Of a DNA stretch of 64,000 nucleotides, positions 1 through 10,949 are shown piece after piece. The stretch covers positions 9,362,001 to 9,426,000 of the forward strand of contig NC_043021.1 in assembly GCF_006345805.1 (NCBI RefSeq), given 5' to 3'. Every line of letters begins with the position of its first letter. The first letter of the stretch is position 1. Position numbers and translations under genes: made by a program. Below the pieces are notes generated by a model. It was not told the origin of the DNA. It saw only the letters and a program-made list of their open reading frames with translations, and searched no databases. The DNA comes from Octopus sinensis (Eukaryota).

Positions 1-511
1 ATCATTTGCTTCCACGGAATTACCCGAAGTGAAGTGCTTTGATTTTGTCGAGTTATATCGAAAGAATGCCATAAAATAACTAACTACCAGTTGAGCACTG
101 GGGATCGATTATTCGACTTTCCCCGTCTTCCGAAATTGCTGGCCATGTGCTATAAACTCTTACATTTTTACTACTATATTTACAACCAACGAGAGAGAGA
201 CAGTTTATACGTTTTCTCGTGTAGGAGTAAACTGTACGAAAATACTATGAGATTGATACGTGAAACAACCAAAACATCAAAGACTAATAAAAATGTTATT
301 TCAAGAATAACTTCAACTTTTTTGCGTCGAAATCTTTTGTTGTTCGAAAATGTGTGAAGGTGTTTTTAATTAATGTTAAATCGCTTTCGCTTTGCATCGA
401 AGGTCAAGGCCGTTTTGCAAACGTGCGTGTTCAGCCACATTACTTATATGTGTGTGTGTATCTGTTGCTCTCACTCTCTCTTTATATACATACATACATA
501 TATATATAATA

Positions 512-553
<42 letters not shown>

Positions 554-590
554 GAATGGAGCTGAACGACGAATTAACAAATTTACTTTA

Positions 591-671
591 TTTTCTACAT
601 GTTTCGAAGGCTGCGTATTCCTAATTGCGAAGGAATAAGGAGTACATTATGCCGCTTTCTCATCAGGAAAA
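591..671 (-). ncRNA. Minimal type-I hammerhead ribozyme motif, apparently intact
   Basis: Minus strand: UUUUC CUGAUGA GAA..(hairpin UAUUCCU/AGGAAUA)..UUC GAAAC AU GUA^GAAAA. Stem I 5 bp; stem II closed by G-C; palindromic stem III ACAUGU. Confidence 0.75.
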
Positions 672-759
672 GCAAGGAACTTATGTCAACATCAAAATGC
701 ACAAAAAACTTTTAGATGATTGCTCACACGGAGCCCATAGCGATATATAAATATATATA

Positions 760-1026
760 GGTACTATTTAAGAAGAGTGGACCCGGTGCGCGCACTCGCG
801 CTAGCTAGTCGTGACTAGTCGATCCTACGGACTACCTAGCAAAGTAAATAAAACACGAAATAGTTTTTTTTTACACAAACTAAACAATTTTTCTTAAACA
901 AAGTAAATAATCTTTTAAAACAAAATAAATAAAACACAAAAACACGAAGAAAGGATCGAATAGTCACGTCTAGCTAGCGCGGATGCGCGACTACGCGCAC
1001 CGGGACCACTTTTGTTAAATAGTACC
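760..1026. mobile_element. Foldback MITE with ~70-bp terminal inverted repeats (Mutator/Merlin-like?)
   Basis: GGTACTATTTAA...CGATCCT (760-827) versus AGGATCG...TTAAATAGTACC (952-1026). ATATATATA on both flanks. Confidence 0.65.
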
Positions 1027-1029
1027 ATA

Positions 1030-1112
1030 TATATATATATATAACACACACATATATATAAATATATAGTAAAGCAAATAAAAAGGGCTAGCAGCAGGCT
1101 ATACATACACAC

Positions 1113-1145
<33 letters not shown>

Positions 1146-1328
1146 TATATCTATCACACACATATATATATATATACACACACACACACATATATATATA
1201 CACACACACATATATATATACACACACCACACATATATATATACACACACACACACCACCATATATATACACACACACACCACATATATATACACACACA
1301 CACACACATATATATACACCACACACAC

Positions 1329-1363
<35 letters not shown>

Positions 1364-1430
1364 TATATATACACACACACACATATATATATATACACAC
1401 ACACACATATATATATATACACACACACAC

Positions 1431-1461
<31 letters not shown>

Positions 1462-1476
1462 TATATATATACATAT

Positions 1477-1523
<47 letters not shown>

Positions 1524-1548
1524 TATATACACACATACACACACACAC
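1030..1548. repeat. Compound (TA)n(CA)n microsatellite
   Basis: Directly visible. Confidence 0.95.
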
Positions 1549-1566
1549 GTATTGTGTTATTCTTAC

Positions 1567-1795
1567 CTTCTATGTCATCTTCGTCTAACGCTTCGCCTTC
1601 TGCCTGGTCTTCCTCGTCGCTGTCCAACGAATGCTTCTCCTTAAACCTCCGGCTACTCGCCTCCTTCGACGCCACCACGCCGTCGTCGCATTCCTGTGCC
1701 GTCTCCAGGCACATCCTCTTCGGCGCTCCGGCGAGGATCTCTCCATCACCGTCCACCAGTTTCCTCCTCATCGTTTTGTGCGCGCTCGAAGCCAT
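1567..1795 (-). CDS. CD2BP2: CD2 antigen cytoplasmic tail-binding protein 2 (U5 snRNP 52K / Lin1) homologue, first coding exon; gene continues left out of the window
   Basis: Translation MASSAHK...SRRFKEKHSLDSDEEDQAEGEALDEDDIEG resembles the recalled human CD2BP2 N-terminus (SRFKGKHSLDSDEEE...EDVEG). Donor G|GTAAGA at 1567/1566, phase 1. The rest of the track ORF 1154-1795 is read-through into (CA/TA)n. An ATG at 1771 is an alternative start. No exon 2 seen in 1-1566. Confidence 0.85.
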
Positions 1796-1813
1796 GTTTA
1801 TCGAAACGTCTGC

Positions 1814-1823
1814 GTGACGTCAC
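1814..1823. promoter_or_regulatory. CRE/ATF-type palindrome GTGACGTCAC in the CpG-rich region at the CD2BP2 5' end
   Basis: Perfect 10-bp palindrome containing TGACGTCA, ~20 bp upstream of the CD2BP2 ATG, in the main CpG-rich stretch of the window (~1570-1960). Confidence 0.45.
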
Positions 1824-1994
1824 ACGTCGGAATCCGCGAGAGTAGGCACACGCCGACGACCACTGTCACACAACGGGCCATCACTCGGCTTACAGGTTGC
1901 CTGCCTGCCTGGCTTTCGCTCTGACCCAATTGTTGGTGGCGTCGCTGCCGTTGCTGCTGCTGCTGCAACACCACCACTACTACTACTACTACTA

Positions 1995-2620
1995 CCTTTT
2001 CTTTTTCTTCTTCTATTTCTTCTTCTCTTCTTCTTATTCTCCTCTCTCTTCTATTTCTTCTTCTTCTTCTTCTTCTTCTTCTATTCTTCTTCTTCTTCTT
2101 CTATTCTTCTTCTTCGTCTTTTCTATCTTCTCTCTTCGTCTCTTCTTCTTCTGTCTCTTTCTTCTGTCTCTTTCTTGTTCTTCTATTTCTTCTCCTTTTC
2201 TTTCCTCTTCTTATTTTCTTTTCTTCTTCTCTCTTCTCTTTTTTCTCTTCTATATTTCTTTCTCTCTTCCTTCTCTCTCTTCTTCTTCTTTCCTTCCGTC
2301 TTTCTTCTTCTTCTTCTCTATCTTCTTCTTCTTTCTTCTTCTTCTATTTCTTCCCCTCCTCCTCTTTCTTATCTTTCTTCCTTCTTCCATTTCTTCTCTC
2401 CTCCTTTTCTTTTCTCTTCTTCTTTCTTCCTCTTCTTCTTCTTCATTCTTCTTTTTTCTTCTTCATTCTTCTTCTTCCTTCTCCTTCTTCTTCTTCTTCT
2501 TTTCTTTTCTTCTTCTCTCTTCTTCTTCTCTTCTTCTTCTTCTCTTCTTCTTCTTCTTCTCTTCTTCTTCTTTCTTCTTCTTCTTCTCTTCTTCTTCTTC
2601 TTCTTCTTCTTCTTCTTCTA
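1995..2620 (+). repeat. Imperfect (TTC)n polypyrimidine tract, ~620 bp
   Basis: Directly visible. Confidence 0.95.
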
Positions 2621-2762
2621 CCAGTTGAGCATCGCAAAACTCCAGAATGTTCCCTCCTCATTCCTGGGTTCAAATTCCGCCGAAGTCGACTTTGCTTTTC
2701 ATCCTTTCGGGGTCGATAAATTAAGTACCTGTTGCGTACTGGAGTTGATACAGTTCTATATT

Positions 2763-3037
2763 TAACAGATGAGGAATTATGTACATTATTTACATTTGAC
2801 GGATATTTGTCCTCATCTTGTCTGTTGTTAACAAAACTTTTCGACCGATATAGCCTCCAGCCTTCATCAGGTGTCTTGAGGAAATTTCAAACCTGGGTTC
2901 TCATTCCTAAGGTATTTTTTTGATGTTGTTGTTGTTGTTATTATTATTGTTATTGTTATTATTCAGGTCACTGCCTGGAATCGAACTCGGAATCTTGGGG
3001 TTAGTAGCACCTGCTCTTAACCACTATGCCATATGCC
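2763..3037 (-). mobile_element. tRNA-headed SINE-like element with a Penelope-like, hammerhead-containing tail
   Basis: A box TGGCATAGTGG and B box GAGTTCGATTCC, (AAT/AAC)n linker, then a tail containing GACAC CTGATGA A GGCTG..CGGTC GAAA. Confidence 0.6.
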
Positions 3038-3575
3038 CGCAAGATTCAAAGTTCGATTCCAGGCAGTGACCTGAATATAATAATAATAATAATATAATAA
3101 TAATAATAATAATAGGATTCTTTGGGGTTTGAATAATTCACCTCTGGAAACATGGGTGGTTCTTTCAACATCCTTAAACAACCCTTATTCAGGGACCTTT
3201 TGAGCGGGATGGGCTACTCAACCTGAAGAAAATTCTAACTGGGCCCCACCTGCAAGGTCATGTGCTGTTTATATTGATATGAGATCACCATGTCGCGCAC
3301 ATATGGTTGTGATGCATGTGCCTGGTGTACCTTTATCAGACGGGTAGTCATGATGGGTATATTGGGCTTCGTATATTTTACCCCAGTGTCACTTTGATGG
3401 CATGCACTGCTCTCTCACTCAATAATAATAATAACATCAAAAAATACCTTAGGAATGGTTTGAAAAATACCTTAGGAAAGGTTTGAAATTTCCCCAAGAC
3501 ACCTGATGAAGGCTGGAGGGTATATCAGCCGAAACAAACAAGATGAGGACAAATATCCATCAAATGTAAATAATA
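3038..3575 (+). mobile_element. Second, inverted copy of the same element, interrupted by another repeat (3113-3420)
   Basis: B box at 3046-3060. Tail 3435-3575 is the reverse complement of 2780-2925 and contains CTGATGA A GGCTG..CAGCC GAAAC. Confidence 0.6.
3113..3420 (+). mobile_element. Unclassified ~550-bp interspersed repeat with (AAT)n tail, partial copy
   Basis: Inverted copy at 3710-4260; further fragments at ~7560-7650, 31960-32070 and 39430-39715. Confidence 0.65.
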
Positions 3576-3647
3576 TACTGGGGTTGATGTAATCGACATA
3601 CCCCTCCCCCAAAATTTCAGGCCTTGTGCCTATAGTAGAAAGGATTA

Positions 3648-3698
<51 letters not shown>

Positions 3699-3709
3699 CA
3701 TTATTATGT

Positions 3710-4260
3710 CAGAGAGCAGTGCATGCCATCAAAGTGACATTGCGGTACAACATACGAAGCCCAGTATACCCATCATGACTACCCGTCTGATAAGAGTACA
3801 CTAAGAACATGCATCACAACCATATGTACACGACATGGTGATCTCATATCAAGATAAAGAGCACATGACCTTGCAGGTAGGGCCCAGTTAGAATTTTCTT
3901 CTGGTCAAGTAATCCATCCCGCTCAAAAGGTCCCTGAATAAGGATTGTTTAAGGATGTTGAACGAAACACCTATGTTTTCAGAGGTGAATTATTCAAACC
4001 CCAAAGAATCCCTCTCAACACATGGCTATGATGCTCCCCCCACTACTTCTGCTCATGATCAGAGATGCACATATCGTCAGCCACTAAGGGACATGCTCAA
4101 CTGGTTATGGTCAAACAACTGACGAGCAAATCCGTGGTATTGAGCAGAATATTTGCTGTAGCCCATCTTTTATACCAAGACAAAACAATGTACATGATAA
4201 CACTTCCAATCAGTTAAGATCAGAAGCCACGAGAGCCACTGCCTGGTACTGCATCAGGGC
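3710..4260 (-). mobile_element. Unclassified ~550-bp interspersed repeat, near full-length copy
   Basis: Reverse complement of 3113-3420 over ~300 bp; (AAT)n tail at ~3650-3705. Confidence 0.65.
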
Positions 4261-4261
4261 A

Positions 4262-4620
4262 TTTATTATTATTATTATTATTCAGTAGTTTTATTTTTAT
4301 AGTGTGCTTTCACTTCACTACCGAGCGCAGCTCTGTGTGCCTTGGGTATGTGCTGTGATTTGTTGTGATGCTCTGATGGTTATTGTATGGAAAGTGTTCT
4401 GCGTAGGATGTGTGCAGTGCCTAGTAGTGCAATTTTCTGTGTGTTATATGTGTTTGTAAGTCCTGGTGTTTTTGTTATGTATTTGTCTGAATATTTTTTT
4501 ATCATGCCTAATGCACCTACTATGATAGGAATTGTTTCTGTTTTTAGATTCCACATTCTGGTTACCTCTATTTCCAGGTCTTTGTATTTTGAAAGTTTCT
4601 CCATTTCTTTTAGAGACACG
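4262..4620 (-). mobile_element. R4/Dong-like (RLE) non-LTR retrotransposon 3' fragment
   Basis: EKLSKYKDLEIEVTRMWNLKTETIPIIVGALG...QKIALLGTAHILRRTL is the typical RLE C-terminus; 3' UTR plus (AAT)n tail. Confidence 0.8.
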
Positions 4621-4626
4621 TTGTCA

Positions 4627-4674
<48 letters not shown>

Positions 4675-4968
4675 CATTAGTAGTAGTAGTAGTAGTAGTA
4701 GTAGAATTGCTAGAGCTTTGGAGAAATTCCCTCCTTATATTTGATCCCTTTGAGATAAACATTTCCTTTCATTCTTCCAGCATCAATAAAAACCAAGTAG
4801 CAAGTAGCAGTTAAGTACTGCAGTTGATGGCATTGACTAAATCGCCCTCCCCACGAAATTGCTGGCATTAGGCTTAAATTAGAAACAGTTGCTATTGTTG
4901 TTGTTGCTGATGTGGTAGTGGTGGTGGTCGTCGTCCTCCTCCTCCCCTCCCCTCCCCCACTACTATAC

Positions 4969-5004
<36 letters not shown>

Positions 5005-5602
5005 CACCACCACCACCACCATCATCACTGTTATTGTTATTATCATCATCAACAGGAAGACACTATTAACCTTGGCATTGTCAAATTTCCAGGTGCAGGA
5101 GTGGTCAAAGCCAATGGCAATTTTTTTGAATAAATTTACTCTTTTAGCATTTCAAGATATTTTTATGTAATTTTGGTAAATACATTTTTATTGCGTTAAA
5201 TACCTTCTGTCCTGCCCTTATTGGGTTTTGAGACTTGGTACATGTTCACTGTGTGCCTTAAGCAAATATGCTTTTAAGTAGATGGTGGATAATCCTGCCA
5301 CAGCTCCTTTGAATTTTACCATGGCTAGAGCCCAAGTAAGGGGAATAACTCCGTCTTGCCTACAGCTTAGACAATTATTTTTCATTTACAAAACCAACTG
5401 ACCAGTATGCATTTCTTCCTCCTGTTGTAGAGAGGTTATGTGCTTTCAGCCATTTGAATTTCATGAGTTGCCTATATGGCTAAGCACTTTTTAAAGGTGT
5501 GAAACCAATGGTCACCCCCTCCCCCCATCACTTTTAACTTCCTAATATAGATATAAATACACACACACACACACACAACACACCTATTTTTTATATATTG
5601 AA

Positions 5603-6003
5603 GGAGTAGGTATGTGGTAAGTAGCTTGCTTTCCAACCACATGATTCCGGGTTCAATCCCACTTTGTGGCACCTTGGGCAAGTGTCTTCTACTATAGCCT
5701 CGGGCCGACCAAAGCCTTGTGTGTGGATTTGGTAGATGGAAACTGAAAGAAGCCCATCATATATATGTACATATGTGTGTGTGAGTATATGTTTGTGTGC
5801 CTGTGTTTTTCCCCCCAACATCGCTTGACAACCGATGCTGGTGTGTTTACGTCCCTATCCCTTAGCGGTTTGGCATAAGAGACCGATAGAATAAGTACTA
5901 GGCTTACAAAGAATAAGTCCTGGGGTCGATTTACTCGACTAAAGGCGGTGCTCCAGCATGGCTGCAGTCAAATGACTGAAACAAGTAAAAAGAGAATAAA
6001 AGA
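5603..6003 (+). mobile_element. Octopus OK-like tRNA-derived SINE (family A), near full length
   Basis: Head GGAGTxGxTxTGTGGTAAGTAGCTTGCT..GGGTTCAxTCCCACT, internal (TA/TG)n, tail ..AAATGACTGAAACAAGTAAAAGAG. About 18 copies in the window. Confidence 0.8.
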
Positions 6004-6513
6004 ACTATATTCTCCAATGTGTTTTTTCTTAATTCAAAAAAGTGAGGCGTGATTTGAATGAAATTTAGCTAGTGTTTCTAGCAGGTCGATCTATGATGGA
6101 ATGTGTTTCAGTGGTGACCATCCCATTTTTTTTATATATACCGAGAACTATATTACCCGATATAGATTATTATGATGTTAAAGTGTAATTTGAGCATTAT
6201 TTGGTTGCTATTTTCAGCAGGTCAGTCAACCATTAAGAAGCACTCTTGTTGAGCACTGAGACGTACTGACACACTTTGACGTCACTTTACACCATCGAAT
6301 GAGTTAGGGTGTAATATTGTGAGGCAACAATACACCAGGCAGGCAGACAATACTAAACAGCTGTCTGTCTGTGCCTCTGAATCTTACACATTCTAATTCA
6401 TTACTTCAGAGAAGTGGTTGGTTTAAGTGGTAGTGTGAGGTATGAGTTACATAGAGGGGGTGTGAGGCATAAGTAGAGCAAAGAGTGGTATTGTTTCAAT
6501 TATATATATATAG

Positions 6514-6870
6514 ACTAGCAGTATTGCCCGGTGTTGCTCGGGTTTGTTTTGACCCTTTAGAATTGGAATTTTTGAAAAGTAAAAATTTTTGCATTATGTA
6601 GCTTGTTATTCTCTTAAAGTGAACATTTTTCTGGTTGAAATACACCGTAAAATGGCGACACAGCAGTCGAAGAATCGTAAAAAAATAGGGATTTTCATAG
6701 AAAAAAAAGCATCCTTTTGGTGTTAACATGGTCCGATTTGAATTTTTTCTTCTACAGAAGGAAGAGCAAGCCTTCTTCTATCATACTCTCAATTTTGGTC
6801 AGCTTGCGCTGCATGGTCTCGGAGGAGATAGTGTTAGTTGAAGGCTACCAAACCTGCCATACACAGACAA
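6514..6870 (+). mobile_element. Non-autonomous Helitron/Helentron-like element
   Basis: Begins ACTAGCAGTATTGCCCGGTGTTGCTCGGG (subterminal hairpin) in a TA run. Related end at 46300-46331 on the minus strand. Confidence 0.55.
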
Positions 6871-6887
6871 CTTCAGAGATTTAAAAC

Positions 6888-7099
6888 AGTGTTTCTCAAC
6901 CACTTTTTACTCGTGAATTCCTGTTTTATTTCTACCCATTTTATGTTTAAAAGATCATATTACATTTCTATGATTAAACATCATTAGGAATTTTATAAAA
7001 ATAATTATTTAAAAATTTTGTGTTTGGTAAAAGTAAACCAATTTATTGCAGTTAAATTTTACCAACAAAATCTTATATGGACCCCAGTTAAGAAACACT
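6888..7099. mobile_element. hAT (Charlie-like) MITE
   Basis: CAGTGTTTCTCAAC ... GTTAAGAAACACT ends; related fragment at ~55250-55340. Confidence 0.55.
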
Positions 7100-7934
7100 T
7101 ATCTATCACATACATAGCCAGATCATCATCATCATTAAGGAAGTGACTACTATTCCCTTCAAATTTTGCTTTTGTCAGCTGGACATTAATGTTTTGAAAC
7201 TGACCAATTTCCCATTACATCTCAGACAGATTCAGTGCTGAGTTGCTGAAGCAGAAATATCATTATAGTAAATATTCTGCTCAATGTCACAGATTTACTT
7301 GTCAATTGTTTGACTGTAACCTATTTCTTTATTACCCACAAGGGGCTAAACACAGAGGGGACAAACAAGGACAGACATAGGTATTAAGTTGATTACATCG
7401 ACCCCAGTGCGTAACTAGTACTTAATTTATCAACCCCGAAAGGATGAAAGGCAAAGTCGACCTCGGCGGAATTCGAACTCACAACGTAATGCAGATGAAA
7501 TACCGCTAAGCATTTCGCCCGGCGTGCTAACGTTTCTGCCAGCCCGCCGCCACTTAAGCATGTCCCTTAGTGGCTGACAATATGTGCATCTCTGACCACG
7601 AGCAGAAGTAGTGGAGTGCATGATAGCCATGTGTTGAGAGGGATTCTTTGGAGGTTTGGATAAATACTGTAACAAAAACTAAGTTTGAAGGAAATACTAG
7701 CCATTTTTTATACTTTCTAGGGGTAAGAAAAAAAGAAATACAGTTGCCAGCCAAAGACAAAAATCATATCACAGCGAATTCATCTATAAACATGATTTCT
7801 ATTTGAGATTGTTGCTTCATCTTGCCAAACTCTGATGGCATGAAGCAATCTTATAAAGTTATTTGTGAATGTTTTCAAAAAGTAAACCATGAGACTTCAA
7901 GATCTATTCTAGAAAGAGAAATTTTATAATGAAG

Positions 7935-8345
7935 GCGCAGGCATGGCTGTGATAAGAATCTTGCTTCCCAACCATAGTTCTGGGTTAAGTCTTGCTGTGT
8001 GACACCTTGGGCAAGTTTCTTCTACTACAGCCTCAGGCTATCCAAGGCCTTGTGAATGGATTTGGTCGGTGGAAACTGGAAGAAGCCTGTCATATATGTA
8101 TAGGTGTATATCTATGTGTGTGTGTGTGTATTTGTATCTGCGTTTGTCTCCCTGCCATCACTTGACAATTGGTGCTGGTTTGTTTATGTTCCTGTAACAT
8201 AGCAGTTCAGCGAGAGAGACCAATATAATAAGTACCAGGCTTAACAAGAAAAAAAAAAAGTCTCGGGGTCAAATCATTCAACTAAAAGTTGTTCAAGATG
8301 GTGCTCCAGTATGGTCACAGTTTAATGACTGAAACTGATAAAAGA
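7935..8345 (+). mobile_element. Family A SINE, diverged
   Basis: Same head, body and tail with many substitutions. Confidence 0.7.
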
Positions 8346-8462
8346 TAAGTGGAGGAAGCCATAAGCTGGATTATGTTAAATGTAATAAATATGAGGGTTG
8401 CTTGACCCTTTTACTGCAGAAATCAGATATATATATAAGCCAAATTCAAAGTCATAGGCACA

Positions 8463-8740
8463 GGAGTGGCTGCGTGGTAAGGAGCTTGCTTACCAACCAC
8501 ATGGTTCTGGGTTCAATCTCACTGTGTAGCACCTTGGGCAAATGTCTTCTACTATAGCCTCAGGCCGACCAAAGCCTTGTGAGTGGATTTGGTAGACGGA
8601 AACTGAAAGAAGCCTGTCGTATATATGTATATATATACATATATATGTGTGTGTATGTATGTGTGTATATGTTTGTGTGTCTGTGTTTGTCCCCCCAACA
8701 TCGCTTGACAACCGATGCTGGTGTGTTTACGTCCCCGTAG
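8463..8740 (+). mobile_element. Family A SINE, 3'-truncated
   Basis: Same head and body. Confidence 0.8.
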
Positions 8741-9655
8741 CTTTTTTTCTTTGTCTTGTATGCATTGCTGAGCAGAGAAATTAAGAGGTTTAGTGCCTCA
8801 TATTGTGTATCAACATTAAAGCAAGAGGTTTAATGCCTTGGTCTGTTGTTTTGTTTTGTGTTTATTGTTTGTAAGAGACTCAGAGCCTCAATTGAGAATG
8901 AACTATGAAACTAAAGTAAGAGATTTAATACCTCAAATTGTTTTTACTGTGTAAAAAAAAAAGAATAATGTTTTGGAGAAGCAAAAAATCAGCGGGCGTT
9001 TTTTGTCTTCTCCCATCAATATCATCCTTTTTCATCAGTCATCTCATCAATATTTTTGTCCAGCCTGCAAGCTGCTCCCTCTGTTTTATGCCTCTATGGC
9101 AAAATTTTGAAATAATGCAGGCTGAACAGAGTACTTTTTCCTACCTCTCACATGAAGCTTAATCTTTACTTTTATAAATGTAGCTATGAACTAAATTTGC
9201 TTTTAGCACACCATAGTATACTATGGCAAACCACGATGTAATTATTCAAATATTGTAATATACTTCTATGAAAATAGGTGTGCTGAAGACAGAGTAGATA
9301 AAAGGAAAGAGAAAGTGTCGGAATAAAATAAAAATACAGATTGTATTCCAGTATGGAACACTCTGTAATATAAACTGAAGCACAATTCTCTTACTTGTTC
9401 TTGGTCACTAATAAAGAAGCAGGAATTTCAATAATGTAGATTGTGTTTACATGTATATATTGGCTATTTGCTAGGTTTGTAAAGCAAACTGTGCACCATT
9501 ATTACAGGCTGACCATTGTCTGTAAATTGTCCATATAGATGGATTTTAAAGCTGTAAACTGTGCACTGTTATTATTGACTGGGCTCTGATATTATTCATT
9601 GTATTATGTATATGCCACATATAGCAAGTATACAGAGCTGTAAACCAAACAATTT

Positions 9656-10035
9656 GTGGAGGTGCAATGGCCCAGTGGTTAGGGCAGCGGACTCGCGGTC
9701 ATAGGATCGCGGTTTCGATTCCCAGACCAGGCGTTGTGAGTGTTTACTGAGCGAAAACACCTAAAGCTCCACGAGGCTCCGGCAGGGGATGGTGGTGATC
9801 CCTGCTGTACTCTTTCACCACAACTTTCTCTCACTCTTACTTCCTGCTTCTGTTGTACCTGTATTTCAAAGGGCCGGCCTTGTCACTCTCTGTGTCACAC
9901 TGAATATCCCCGAGAACTACGTTAAGGGTGCACGTGTCTGTGGAGTGCTCAGCCACTTACACGCTAATTTCACGAGCAGGCTGTTCCGTTGATTCGGATC
10001 AACCAGAACCCTCGTCGTTGTAACCGACGGAGTGC
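9656..10035 (+). mobile_element. tRNA(Arg)-like-headed SINE family C (Octopus OR-like)
   Basis: TGGCCCAGTGG A box, GGACTCGCGGTC anticodon-arm-like segment, GGTTTCGATTCC B box. Copies at ~37465-37830, 51145-51430, 60252-60550 and 44230-44450 (-). Confidence 0.8.
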
Positions 10036-10439
10036 TTCCATCCAAACCAAACAATATTATCATTCTCAATAAACTTACAAATAGTCTAAAGAAAATTTCG
10101 GTTACGTATTTGTTTTGCAAAATTCCTGATGTGAAATTGTGTGTTGAAACAGATATTGTTATATTTCGGAATGGTCGTTTTCTTTTTTTGCTAATTAATC
10201 ACAGTATGTGAAGTTAGTGGTAAGTAGCTTGCTTATGAACCACATGGTTCTGGGTTCAGTCCCACTGCGTGGCACCTTGGGCAAGTGTTTTCTACTATAG
10301 CTTCGGGCCGACCAAAGCCTTGTGAGTGGATTTGGCAGACGGAAAATTAAAGAAGTCCATCGTATATGTATGTATATGTAAGAGAACAAAGTGTACATAT
10401 GCTGCTATATATATATATTTATATATATATCTATCTATC

Positions 10440-10795
10440 TATCCGCTCAGTCGAAGTCGACTCTCGGTCACTCGTTGGATCAGTGTCCTCCAGTCAGTTC
10501 TATCCTGGGCGCTTCTTTCAGACTGGCTATGTCCATTCCGGTATCACTCTTGATGGTGTCAAACCAGCGAGTTCTTGGTCGGCCTCTTCCTCTCTTGCCA
10601 CTGACCATTCCAAGCATGATGTCCTTCTCCAGGGATTTTCTCCTCATAATATGACCGAAATATGACAATCTATGCTTGGTGATCCTAGCTTCTAGTGACA
10701 TTTTCAGCCTGATCTGCTTAAGAACTTCTCCATTGGTGAGCCTCGCTGTCCATGGAATCTGTAAAAATCTTCAAAGCCCAACCGTTCTCCTCACC
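10440..10795 (-). mobile_element. RTE-clade LINE 3' fragment
   Basis: LQIPWTARLTNGEVLKQI...RLSYFGHIMRRKSLEKDIMLGMVSGKRGRGRPRTRWFDTI. Confidence 0.85.
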
Positions 10796-10897
10796 GTGGT
10801 GCTGGGGGTGGCAACGGCATATGGTAAGTATGCTGGCTAAACGGCTCTGGCCTGGGGAAAGACCTGGCCACCGACCCCAGTATCCTGGCCTATATAT

Positions 10898-10940
<43 letters not shown>

Positions 10941-10949
10941 TTCTCTTTT

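Noticed and set aside
915-1548. Long ORFs of C/V/Y/I or H/T repeats here and at 1897-2765, 11649-12436, 16688-17419, 26906-28838, 37673-38220, 46187-47149
   Set aside because: They are translations of dinucleotide or trinucleotide microsatellites that happen to lack stops.
9667-9730. tRNA-Arg-like gene (also at 37480, 51147, 60260)
   Set aside because: A/B boxes and an anticodon-like arm are present, but each continues into a shared SINE body and lacks a proper acceptor stem. These are SINE heads.
10795-10890. GC-rich segment next to the RTE fragment as an HDV-like ribozyme
   Set aside because: I could not build the nested P1-P4 double pseudoknot on either strand.
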